From the NCBI GenBank assembly GCA_017503545.1, contig JAFVSW010000079.1, positions 4,133 through 68,132 on the forward strand: 64,000 bases of DNA, given 5' to 3'. The notes beneath the pieces were generated by a model that had not been told where the DNA came from, ran no database searches, and saw only the letters and a list, made by a program, of their open reading frames with translations. This DNA comes from Lentisphaeria bacterium. Lineage in GTDB: Bacteria; Verrucomicrobiota; Lentisphaeria; Victivallales; UBA1829. Below, piece by piece: positions 46,045-54,602 of the stretch. The first letter of the stretch is position 1; the number at the start of each line of letters is the position of its first letter. A program made the translations under genes and the position numbers.

Positions 46045-47175
46045 TCATTTTCTCCCGGCGGCGGCAAGCTGGATCTTTACGTTGGTGACGGCAATGAATT
46101 TGCCCGGTTTCACGTCCGGACTGTCTCCGCCGAAGCATAACGTAAAAGATGCTGCATTGGCAGGGACTTTTCCGTTGACCGTGTATGTTTTATAAGACTT
46201 GGTGGATCCATGATAGATTACCGGATGACTTGCAATCATTTTCCCGGTAATGCCATAAAAAATGACACAACTGCGACTGCCGCGTTTTGCCTTGCCGTAA
46301 TCCGCTGTCCAATAATTGGCATGAAGATCAAATGTGATACGATACTGTGCCGCACCATTGAGATCGAAATGCTTTGTTTGGACTGTAAACGCGGTATCTT
46401 TTACGGCACCGGCATTGGAAATCACAAGAGCGGATTTGCCTTCGTGTTTTTTCCGTTCGATCTTCAGCGCATTCTGATAATTCTTGAATGGTTTCCAAGC
46501 ACCGGAATCTTTGCTGAAATCGTCAAAAAGAACATCTTTCGTTGCGTTTTTATCATTCCACGCAGGCATGGAATCCACCACACAGATCTTCAGATCTGCA
46601 ATGGCAATGTAATTTCCCGGGCGTACATCCGGTATATCTGCACCGAATGCCATGGAGATATATTTTGTACCCGCAGGTGCAGTCCCACTGATTACATTTG
46701 CTTTATAGCCTTTTTTCACAGAGGTGAAACGGAATTTTTCCGCTTTGATCAATTTCTGATTGGCATCCAGAAATACGATCCGGTTCTGACTGCTCAATTT
46801 CCGTCCGGCAAGTCCTTCCGTATAGAAACTGGCAGAAGCGGAAAAGGTAATGGAATATTGAGTCAGATTTTCCACTTCCAACGGCTGAACGATCAGGTCG
46901 AATGCGGTATCCATTGCTTTCCCGATTCCGTTTGTAATGACCAATGCCTGTTTTCCTTCATACATCTTCCGTTCGATTTTAAGACGGTTCTGATAATTGC
47001 CGATCTTCCAGCTGCCGTCTTTTGCTGTTGTAAAATCATCTGCAAACAAAGTCCGTGCGGAACCGGAAGTCTTCAACGTTCCGTTTTCTGCGGAAAGACC
47101 ATTTGCCTGTGTTACCGTTTGTGCAGAAAGAAATGCACAACATGCAGCCATACAGAGAATCAATACTGGTTTCAT
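46045..47175 (-). CDS. Secreted protein made of two tandem homologous about 170-aa beta-sandwich (CBM-like) domains
   Basis: Signal peptide MKPVLILCMAACCAFLSAQ. Clear internal duplication: LFADDFTTAKDGSWKIGNYQNRLKIERKMYEGKQALVITN versus LFDDFSKDSGAWKPFKNYQNALKIERKKHEGKSALVISN, and ...GADIPDVRPGNYIAIADLKI versus ...GGDSPDVKPGKFIAVTNVKI. Confidence 0.6.
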   Translation of the reverse strand: MKPVLILCMAACCAFLSAQTVTQANGLSAENGTLKTSGSARTLFADDFTTAKDGSWKIGNYQNRLKIERKMYEGKQALVITNGIGKAMDTAFDLIVQPLEVENLTQYSITFSASASFYTEGLAGRKLSSQNRIVFLDANQKLIKAEKFRFTSVKKGYKANVISGTAPAGTKYISMAFGADIPDVRPGNYIAIADLKICVVDSMPAWNDKNATKDVLFDDFSKDSGAWKPFKNYQNALKIERKKHEGKSALVISNAGAVKDTAFTVQTKHFDLNGAAQYRITFDLHANYWTADYGKAKRGSRSCVIFYGITGKMIASHPVIYHGSTKSYKTYTVNGKVPANAASFTLCFGGDSPDVKPGKFIAVTNVKIQLAAAGRK

Positions 47176-47268
47176 TTTTTTTCTCCTGGATTGTGTTTTT
47201 TTATATCGGATATTTTATAATTTTCATACATGCCGGGAAGGTCAACCGTCCTCTACTGTCTTATTCTG

Positions 47269-48423
47269 TCAATTCTGCAGCAGCATGAACGCATTGGAAA
47301 ATAATTTTTCCTCACAGCCGTCCAATGCGGTTACACGTAAAAATACATGCTTTTCTTTGTCTTCTTCCGGAATTTCCAAACAGAATTCTGTACCTGTGAT
47401 CACATCCCCGATCACACCCTGTTTGGAGATGATTTGGAAGCACACTTTTTTATTGCATCTTGCACGCAAATAATGCCCGTCATAAGAAATTTCTTCAAAA
47501 CGTAAGCCGTTATCCGTGATCATGCCGTAAAAACGCCCCTGGCGCAATGCGCGCAAACAGGATTCCGCCGTCCGGTCTTCCGCAAGAAGCATGATTTTGC
47601 CACGCCACCGGTTCGCAAGTACCGGATGGTTGAACGAGGGATGATCCTGTACAAAAAAGCCGTAACACTGGCGATTTGTGGAAAGAATGGCATCCCATAA
47701 CGAATCACTGAAATCGCTGAAATCCACCTGACTGTTATGGTTGTACACTTCGATCCCCAATACACGCGGATCGCTGTCCAGCATCTCTTCCAGGAATGAC
47801 AGCGGATGATGTGACCAGGTGGGGTGCGCGATCACGATTCCGCCGCCGTCCGGAATCATCAATTGATTGAAGATTTCTTCAAATCCTTTCCGCCAGGGAA
47901 TGGGTGCGCCGAGTTGGATGCCCCCTTTTTCCTGTACGCCGAATTTACCTTGAATATCAAACGAACCGGATGTGGCAAGAGAACCGGGTGCTGTAATATG
48001 CAGATAAACGCTGGCATCGGAAAACCAATGATGTTCCGCGTTGGGTGCTTCCAATAAATCAGCAGGGACTTCCGGGAATAACGGTGCGCCGTCATCGGCA
48101 GGGATCTGTGCCTGTTCATCGGGGCTGAGATCGGATTTCCAGCTGTCGATCAGTCCGGCAAGATCTACGGATTCATGATGCCATACACCATCGCGGATAT
48201 ATCCGTTCTGTTTCCGTTTGAACGTATTTTCACAAATGGAATTCATCGGGTAATAGGGCGCGGAAGGATAGTAATTGGAGAACATGGCAAGTTCCAGTCC
48301 CATATCCACATATCGTTTCATGATTTTTCCGTTTGTGCAGTGCATGTGTGTGGTGCTGCGGATTTGATACGCTTTGCTCCAATCGACATCCTTATACGGA
48401 TTGGGATTTCTTTTATCATTCAT
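47269..48423 (-). CDS. Hypothetical protein, possible PHP-like metal-dependent phosphoesterase
   Basis: His-rich ligand-like motifs TTHMHC, NAEHHW, IAHPTWSHHP and VQDHP. No signal peptide. Lies 1 nt downstream of the LacI-family gene. Confidence 0.3.
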   Translation of the reverse strand: MNDKRNPNPYKDVDWSKAYQIRSTTHMHCTNGKIMKRYVDMGLELAMFSNYYPSAPYYPMNSICENTFKRKQNGYIRDGVWHHESVDLAGLIDSWKSDLSPDEQAQIPADDGAPLFPEVPADLLEAPNAEHHWFSDASVYLHITAPGSLATSGSFDIQGKFGVQEKGGIQLGAPIPWRKGFEEIFNQLMIPDGGGIVIAHPTWSHHPLSFLEEMLDSDPRVLGIEVYNHNSQVDFSDFSDSLWDAILSTNRQCYGFFVQDHPSFNHPVLANRWRGKIMLLAEDRTAESCLRALRQGRFYGMITDNGLRFEEISYDGHYLRARCNKKVCFQIISKQGVIGDVITGTEFCLEIPEEDKEKHVFLRVTALDGCEEKLFSNAFMLLQN

Positions 48424-48424
48424 C

Positions 48425-49420
48425 TTATAATTCTCCTGCAGTTGCTTCTATTGTCAATGGGGTATAACGGAGTGACGGATCCAAAATTTTTGAAAGCAGA
48501 CCATCTGCAATTTTATCATAACATGGATCGAAAGACGGAATCTCCAACGCCGCAAATAAGGAGTTGGCATCACCACCGCATAACGGAATATGAATTCCGT
48601 GATGATGCATACGGTCAAGAAGAACGGCGGCGTGTTCCCCGTCATCTACAAAGAGAAAATCCGGCCGGTTCGGCAATATCATTTTTTCACATGCTTCATC
48701 GATTTGCTGCCGGATAGTGCATACTTCATTCATTTCATTTTGATATTCAAAGAGGTAATCCGGATTTGCCTCCAATCCGTTGGCTTTCATGGCAGCATGA
48801 AATTCGTCCCATAACATCCGTTCCGTTTGCCAAATGCGATTGCCTGACAACATTCCGATTTTCCGGCAGCCCTTTGCTTTCGCCCCGGCTATCATCTTTG
48901 TTAGCGCAGCGGTACGATCTGTTGTGACATAAGGACGATCCGGAATATCCGGTTTTTCCATATATACAATATCCTGTGCATGTTCAAACCGGCGGCGGAA
49001 ATCCTCTTTCATTCCCGGATAATCGTGCGCAGCACAAATCACTCCGGTCACTCCGTATCGTTGAAACATGCGATAACTGTCTTCCAGATTCTGTATATTA
49101 TCATGGGTAAAACTGGTAAGGATACGGACCCCCTGTGTCGCACAGGCTTTTTCGATCGCACGCAATAAACATTGATAGCGGTAACTGTAACCCGAATCCA
49201 GCAATATCCCGATCAGACGTGAATCACCGCCGGCAAGAATGGATGCCGCCATATTGGGGACATAATCCAATTCTTTTGCCGCCTGAAGGATCCGTAAACG
49301 TGCCGATTCGCCAACACGGATGGAGTCACTGCCGCCGTTCAGGACTTTCCCCGCAGCGGAGCAGGAAACTTTTGCCAGTCTGGCAACATCTGCCAATGTG
49401 ATTTTATTCCGGTGAGTCAT
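48425..49420 (-). CDS. LacI-family transcriptional regulator
   Basis: N-terminal HTH ITLADVARLAKVSCSAAGKVLNG plus a periplasmic-binding-protein-like effector domain. Confidence 0.88.
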   Translation of the reverse strand: MTHRNKITLADVARLAKVSCSAAGKVLNGGSDSIRVGESARLRILQAAKELDYVPNMAASILAGGDSRLIGILLDSGYSYRYQCLLRAIEKACATQGVRILTSFTHDNIQNLEDSYRMFQRYGVTGVICAAHDYPGMKEDFRRRFEHAQDIVYMEKPDIPDRPYVTTDRTAALTKMIAGAKAKGCRKIGMLSGNRIWQTERMLWDEFHAAMKANGLEANPDYLFEYQNEMNEVCTIRQQIDEACEKMILPNRPDFLFVDDGEHAAVLLDRMHHHGIHIPLCGGDANSLFAALEIPSFDPCYDKIADGLLSKILDPSLRYTPLTIEATAGEL

Positions 49421-49440
49421 ATTTTAACCTTCGTATTTGC

Positions 49441-49464
49441 AGTTGATATTGCGCTATATCAACT
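49441..49464. promoter_or_regulatory. 24-bp near-perfect palindrome, candidate LacI-family operator
   Basis: agttgatattgc|gctatatcaact has one mismatch pair. It is centred on a GC|GC core and lies 21 nt upstream of the LacI-family start codon. Confidence 0.45.
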
Positions 49465-49542
49465 ACTATACATCTCAATTATGGAAATGTCAAATTTTTT
49501 TTGATTATTTTTTTCGCTTTTTTATGTCGTGGTAATTATATA

Positions 49543-49588
49543 AAAAACGTGAGATGCGGCATTCCTGACCGCAATCTCACGTTTTCAA
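49543..49588 (-). terminator. Rho-independent (bidirectional-looking) terminator closing the PPC-repeat protein operon
   Basis: aaaaacgtgagatgcgg / ccgcaatctcacgtttt forms a stem with one bulge. It is flanked by an A-run and a T-run and lies 22 nt past the stop at 49610. Confidence 0.75.
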
Positions 49589-49609
49589 AAGTATGATTTA
49601 CTATATCGT

Positions 49610-52600
49610 TCAGGCAAGAATACCTGCTGTCATACCGTAAGTCATATCATAGATCTTGTTGTTGCCGAGGGTGACGCTTGCGTAGCAAATCGCACCGGAG
49701 TTGTATTCGTTACGGCTTGTGAATGTATCGGTTGCAGTATCCCACAACAGAGCAATGGAACGGCCTTTTTCATCCAGACAACTGATCTTCAATGCTTTTT
49801 TGTCATAAGCATCTGCCGTGTCTTTGTCAAGAGCAAGAGTCAGTTTACCGGCATGATCCAGTTCAAATTTGAAGACGTCTGCTTTATCTTCATATCCGAC
49901 CCAGCCCATGATATCGGCGCCATTCCACATGGTTGTGCTGTTGTTTTTGACAAGAGCAAATGTATCATCGGTGTTATCCGCTGCATCGGCAAAACTGTTG
50001 TACTGATTCAAGGTGATCTTGTAATCTGCACTTCCGCCTTTGGCTGCATTGGTACTTGTTACGCCAATGTAATATACGCCATTGCCCAGAACCAGATTTT
50101 TGGTCGTGATCGTTTTGCCTGCCGCAACCTTTGTTGACTGGAGAGCTTTTACTGTCTGTTTGCCGTTTTTCTGTGTGATCACTTCATTAATCGTGAAGGT
50201 CAAAGCATCGGTTGAATTGACAGTAAAATTCAATTCTGCGCCGGTGATCAATTCAAAACGGGCATAATCGGTTGCATCGCCATAGCCAACCCAGCCAACA
50301 ATAGGATTCTGTATATTACATTCCCCAGTTGTTGTGAGACAATTATCATTTGTTCCGTCATCACCTTTGGTAAAGAATACAGAGTCCGCGCCCAGTTCCA
50401 CGCTGTAATTACCGATTGTTCCGGTACTCTTGTTGGGTTGCTTTGCTTTTACTGCAAGATAATATTCCGCATCATCCGTCATCAGCAGATTTTTGATTTC
50501 AGCCAATTTTTTGCCGTTTGAACTGACATTTTTCACACTCTTCAATGTCACTTTACCATTTTTTGTGACCTTCTGATAAATCGTGAATTGTGCTGCTGCA
50601 TTGCAATCAAAGATAAAGGAAAATCTGCCGGACATCGCAATATCCAGTTTGCGGTAATCCCAAACGTCACCATACCCGACCCATTCATTACTGATCAACG
50701 CATTAGACCTGCCTTCGCTCAATGAAATGACGGGAGCATTGTCTGTATTCGCCATGAAATCTTCCCAGGAGTCTGCATATTTGTTAGCAGCTGCAAAGGT
50801 TTCACCGGACATAAGAAGTTTGTAATCCACACTGCCGCCTTTTGCCGCCGTCGGCATATTGACTTCCACAAAATATTCATTCGCAGTATCAAGGAGAACA
50901 TCTTTGATGACCGGGTTCTTTCCGCTTGCACTCTTGACGGATTTATACCCTTTTTTGCTGTTGTCGCGCATATACAGCGTGACTTTTACGTTTTCAGCAA
51001 ATGCTTCATCAAAGGAGAATGTATATTTACCGGAAGTGGGCATTATGACTTTGAAGAAGTCGCTTGCATCACCATATCCGACCCAGCCTTTTGCACCGGC
51101 AGGATCTGCAAATTCCAAATTTCCCTGTACTGCATATACCGTATCGAAATCCGGTTTTTCAAACGCTTCAAACGTGGCTGTGAGCGAGAATTCCGTATTA
51201 TATTTGCCTTTTCCGTTATCTGCGGATGTTACGGTGATATAAACGGTATTTGTATTGAGGAACAGCTTGGAAATATCCAACGTGTCTTTCGAAGAGGAAA
51301 CTGTGACATCTTTCAATTTCTTATTATTGCTGTCATAAATCTGCAGTTTCACGTTTGCGGTGTTACCTTGTACATCAACAAAAAGATTGCCGGGTTCTGT
51401 AAGATCGATCCGAAAATTGTCAAGCGCGTCACCCAATCCGACATAATCGGATGCAGATGCCTGACCGGCAGGATCAAGTGTCAATACTTGTGCTTTGCTG
51501 AAGATATTGTCGTCAGAATAGAGATCCGTGCGTTCTTTGAGGATGACTGTAAGATCTCCGGTTTCTTTGTTCGTTGTTGCCTTTACCGTATAGGTGTCAG
51601 GTGTCAAGGCAAAATTGGTACCGGATGTAAGTTCGCCATTTTCGTAAGTTGCAGTGGCAACTTTTTTCCCTTTGCTGTTATGGACTTGAATGGTGATTTT
51701 GCCATTTTCAATACTGCTGTCAATATCAAACCAGGAGAAAACTTTACTGTCGCTGCTGCCATCTACGGTGAAGGTTTCAATTTCCGTCAGAACGTTCTTC
51801 TTGTCAAGCAGTCCGTAACCGCCTACATATTTCTCGTCATCCGGAGATACAGAAATGATATCGGTATAAGCCTCACTCCAATTGTTGAAATAGTTATTGG
51901 CTTCGACAGATACGGTATAATCACCGGCGGCAAGTCCGTTGACAAAGACCAGAGCTTCTTTTGAAATCTGCGGGGAAACAACCGTGCCGTCACCATCAAA
52001 AATCGTAATTCTGAACTCTTTTACAAACAAATCATCATAGGCTTCCGTTTCAACGTAAACCAGGTTGCCCAATGATGTGATATCGCAATCAAGAATGATG
52101 GGAACGGAATCTGAATCCAACTGTTTTACATCAAGCTGGTAGGTGACAAGCGGATTTTTCTTGAACATGTCGATTGCATCTTTTGCAAGCTGACCCAAAT
52201 CGTCATATTTGTCGCACATTGTTGTGAAAATATCCACGGTATGATCCCCACCGGCATCTGCCACTTCTTCGTCAAAACGTTCCGGCCACAAATCACGGTC
52301 ATCATCCAAGAGATCCGCAAGATCTTCTGCAATTTCGATTGCTTCTTCAATATTATCAAGGTCACCGGCATCAAAGCTGTATTTTACACTCGTTGCAGAA
52401 ATGCCGATATAATAATCCTTTGCCACATCGCTGTCATTGTAAAGCAAACGATATGTCGTGCCATCACTTGCCGTGACGACTTCAGAGAAACCGCTGTCTG
52501 CTTTTGTTCCGTGAATTTCTTTTTCTCCAAATTCCCGGTCTTCGCGGACAGCGATTTTTACCTCTGCAGAGGTGGCAAACTCGCCGATTGTCGGCATCGT

Positions 52601-52810
52601 TTTGTGCAAAGCAAGAGCAATTGCTTCTCCGGGAGCAACTGTAATGGTGTAAGTATCACAAATTGCAGCATTCGCTTTTTCATCTTTTACGACGAGATCC
52701 AACTTTGCTTCCACCGTGACTACAAGTCCGCCGAAATATTGTGTTCCGAAATCCGAATCTACATAGATCCATTCGTTTTCACGAACGATTTCATACTTGC
52801 TTAATCCCAT
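49610..52810 (-). CDS. 1066-aa repeat protein: unique acidic N-terminal region, Ig-like modules, then five about 130-aa PPC (pre-peptidase C-terminal)-like beta-sandwich modules; no signal peptide
   Basis: A perfect AGGAGG lies 7 nt upstream of the ATG at 52810. Module anchors: YVGLGD (aa 456), WVGYGD (aa 576, 710, 840) and WVGYED (aa 970). Each is followed by D.F.(F/L).L..G...F... and ...YY..V.....AKGGS.DYK. The N-terminus MGLSKYEIVRENEWIYVD is not hydrophobic. Confidence 0.7.
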   Translation of the reverse strand: MGLSKYEIVRENEWIYVDSDFGTQYFGGLVVTVEAKLDLVVKDEKANAAICDTYTITVAPGEAIALALHKTMPTIGEFATSAEVKIAVREDREFGEKEIHGTKADSGFSEVVTASDGTTYRLLYNDSDVAKDYYIGISATSVKYSFDAGDLDNIEEAIEIAEDLADLLDDDRDLWPERFDEEVADAGGDHTVDIFTTMCDKYDDLGQLAKDAIDMFKKNPLVTYQLDVKQLDSDSVPIILDCDITSLGNLVYVETEAYDDLFVKEFRITIFDGDGTVVSPQISKEALVFVNGLAAGDYTVSVEANNYFNNWSEAYTDIISVSPDDEKYVGGYGLLDKKNVLTEIETFTVDGSSDSKVFSWFDIDSSIENGKITIQVHNSKGKKVATATYENGELTSGTNFALTPDTYTVKATTNKETGDLTVILKERTDLYSDDNIFSKAQVLTLDPAGQASASDYVGLGDALDNFRIDLTEPGNLFVDVQGNTANVKLQIYDSNNKKLKDVTVSSSKDTLDISKLFLNTNTVYITVTSADNGKGKYNTEFSLTATFEAFEKPDFDTVYAVQGNLEFADPAGAKGWVGYGDASDFFKVIMPTSGKYTFSFDEAFAENVKVTLYMRDNSKKGYKSVKSASGKNPVIKDVLLDTANEYFVEVNMPTAAKGGSVDYKLLMSGETFAAANKYADSWEDFMANTDNAPVISLSEGRSNALISNEWVGYGDVWDYRKLDIAMSGRFSFIFDCNAAAQFTIYQKVTKNGKVTLKSVKNVSSNGKKLAEIKNLLMTDDAEYYLAVKAKQPNKSTGTIGNYSVELGADSVFFTKGDDGTNDNCLTTTGECNIQNPIVGWVGYGDATDYARFELITGAELNFTVNSTDALTFTINEVITQKNGKQTVKALQSTKVAAGKTITTKNLVLGNGVYYIGVTSTNAAKGGSADYKITLNQYNSFADAADNTDDTFALVKNNSTTMWNGADIMGWVGYEDKADVFKFELDHAGKLTLALDKDTADAYDKKALKISCLDEKGRSIALLWDTATDTFTSRNEYNSGAICYASVTLGNNKIYDMTYGMTAGILA

Positions 52811-52840
52811 GACAGTTCCTCCTGAATTTTTTACAATATG

Positions 52841-53749
52841 TTATTTTGAAATTGCATCTTCAAAAGCCGTGCGGAATTTATCATCTTTTCTGTGTGCTTT
52901 CAATTCCTTCTGTTCCAGATAATAGGAAAGATTCGGGAATTTGAGTTTTTCCAATTCTGTGATACATTTTGCAAGGTTTGCACCGGTTTTGTTTGCGTTG
53001 TATGCCATGATCGCTCTGCGGGCTTTTACCAGACGGCCGTGGAGTTCACGGGAAATGATCCGGTTGAAAGAATGTTTTGCATTGTTGCCGACATAGAGAC
53101 GGACTTCACGTTCTCCGCCATCCAGAGTGATACCTTTACCATTGAATTCCATCAATTCAAATTTTGCAACGCCGGAATCATCGGTTGTGACTTTGCGGAT
53201 CGCATCGCCGGCTTTCAGGATCAGCATGGTTTTACGCATGGGATATGCCTGATTTTCTTCTTTGGTATCCACCAGGTCACGACGGCTCAGCAACGGTTCT
53301 TCGTCGTAACGGGAGGTGGATTCTGTATTCAGACCCGGATTCAATGCAGCCAGACTGAAGCAGTCAAGTTCCCAACACCAGGAATACGGGAAAATACCCA
53401 GAGTACCAACGTTCAGTACATGGCTGACGATCCCGAACGGCATCAGAACCAAACCCATGGGTACTTCATAAAATTCACGCCACCACTGATAGGGGGTAAA
53501 GCGGGAAATCGTGTTGTGTACCTGATAAACTTTGACCTGTGATGTTTTGTTGCCGGTGACTTTGAAGCGCAGAACGGCTTTGTTTTCATCACGTTCCAGT
53601 GATTCTACAACCGGAATGTCGTGTAATACCTTACGTTCATAGTCCGTTGTTGTTGTTTCTACATCTTCCAGATGGTTGCGGCATCCGCTTGTCAACATCA
53701 TGGCTGTCCCGGCAAAACCGAGAGCAAAAACGATCATTAATTTTTTCAT
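52841..53749 (-). CDS. Lipoprotein of unknown function with an internal hydrophobic hairpin
   Basis: Signal peptide plus lipobox MKKLMIVFALGFAGTAMMLTSGC. Internal hydrophobic stretch VPMGLVLMPFGIVSHVLNVGTLGIFPYSW. No recognisable catalytic motif. Confidence 0.55.
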   Translation of the reverse strand: MKKLMIVFALGFAGTAMMLTSGCRNHLEDVETTTTDYERKVLHDIPVVESLERDENKAVLRFKVTGNKTSQVKVYQVHNTISRFTPYQWWREFYEVPMGLVLMPFGIVSHVLNVGTLGIFPYSWCWELDCFSLAALNPGLNTESTSRYDEEPLLSRRDLVDTKEENQAYPMRKTMLILKAGDAIRKVTTDDSGVAKFELMEFNGKGITLDGGEREVRLYVGNNAKHSFNRIISRELHGRLVKARRAIMAYNANKTGANLAKCITELEKLKFPNLSYYLEQKELKAHRKDDKFRTAFEDAISK

Positions 53750-53789
53750 TGTTCTACTTTCCTTTTGTATGGTTTTATATTGTTTTTGT

Positions 53790-54452
53790 TTAATTCCGTT
53801 CCAATGCTTTTTCCAGCATACTCTGATAACTGTTATATTTCTTTCTGTATGTTTTCTGGAATGGTGCCGGATATTCTGTATAAAGTTCCTGGCAGAAATT
53901 CAGAAATTTTTCCGCCGCAAGATAATTTCCGCGTTCAATCAGCAGCGGTACATATTTTTCCATGGAAGTTTGGATATCTTTTGCCGCCATTTTTGCTAAA
54001 TCGGAATCAATATTGTTGTCTTCATATTCCAAACGGATGGTCGCATGCAAAAGTGCCAGACCGGAAATTACTTCCACCGGTCTCGCATAGCGCAGAATTT
54101 TCTTTGCACAATCATAGGCATCCTGACTGTTTTTTACCTGCTGAAGATAACGGTTGAGCCAGAGAGATGCCGCATTCAAATCCCTCTGAGTCCCTGTCCC
54201 GGCAATATACATTTCCGCAAGCCGGCGCATGGCAGGACGATGCCGCGCTTCTGCTGCTGTTTTGATCCAGTGAAAACCTTTTGCCTTATCCGGTGTTTCA
54301 CTTTCATCCAGATAATAAATCCCTAAATCATATTGCGCAACTACATTCCCTTTCGTTGCGTCCGGTAATAAACTGGATTCTTTAGAGCATCCGGAAATGG
54401 ATAATGCCAAACATGTTGCTGCAACGGCAGTAAATACAATCTTTTGTTTCAT
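53790..54452 (-). CDS. Sel1-like repeat (TPR-related) lipoprotein
   Basis: MKQKIVFTAVAATCLALSISGC lipobox. Sel1-like repeats GNVVAQYDLGIYY...GFHWIKTAAEARHRPAMRRLAEMYIAGTG. The ATG at 54452 is preferred to the ORF-track start at 54497. Confidence 0.6.
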   Translation of the reverse strand: MKQKIVFTAVAATCLALSISGCSKESSLLPDATKGNVVAQYDLGIYYLDESETPDKAKGFHWIKTAAEARHRPAMRRLAEMYIAGTGTQRDLNAASLWLNRYLQQVKNSQDAYDCAKKILRYARPVEVISGLALLHATIRLEYEDNNIDSDLAKMAAKDIQTSMEKYVPLLIERGNYLAAEKFLNFCQELYTEYPAPFQKTYRKKYNSYQSMLEKALERN

Positions 54453-54602
54453 GTTTTCTGCTTCCCTTATATTTAAGTTACTAAATAATATTTGCAATAA
54501 TAAATTTGCACTGTTATGTACTAATATAAGTTGGAATTTCTGTTTTTCAAGTGATTAACTGCTAAATTTTATACTTTTTTTATGTCATATTCTGTGAAAT
54601 AA

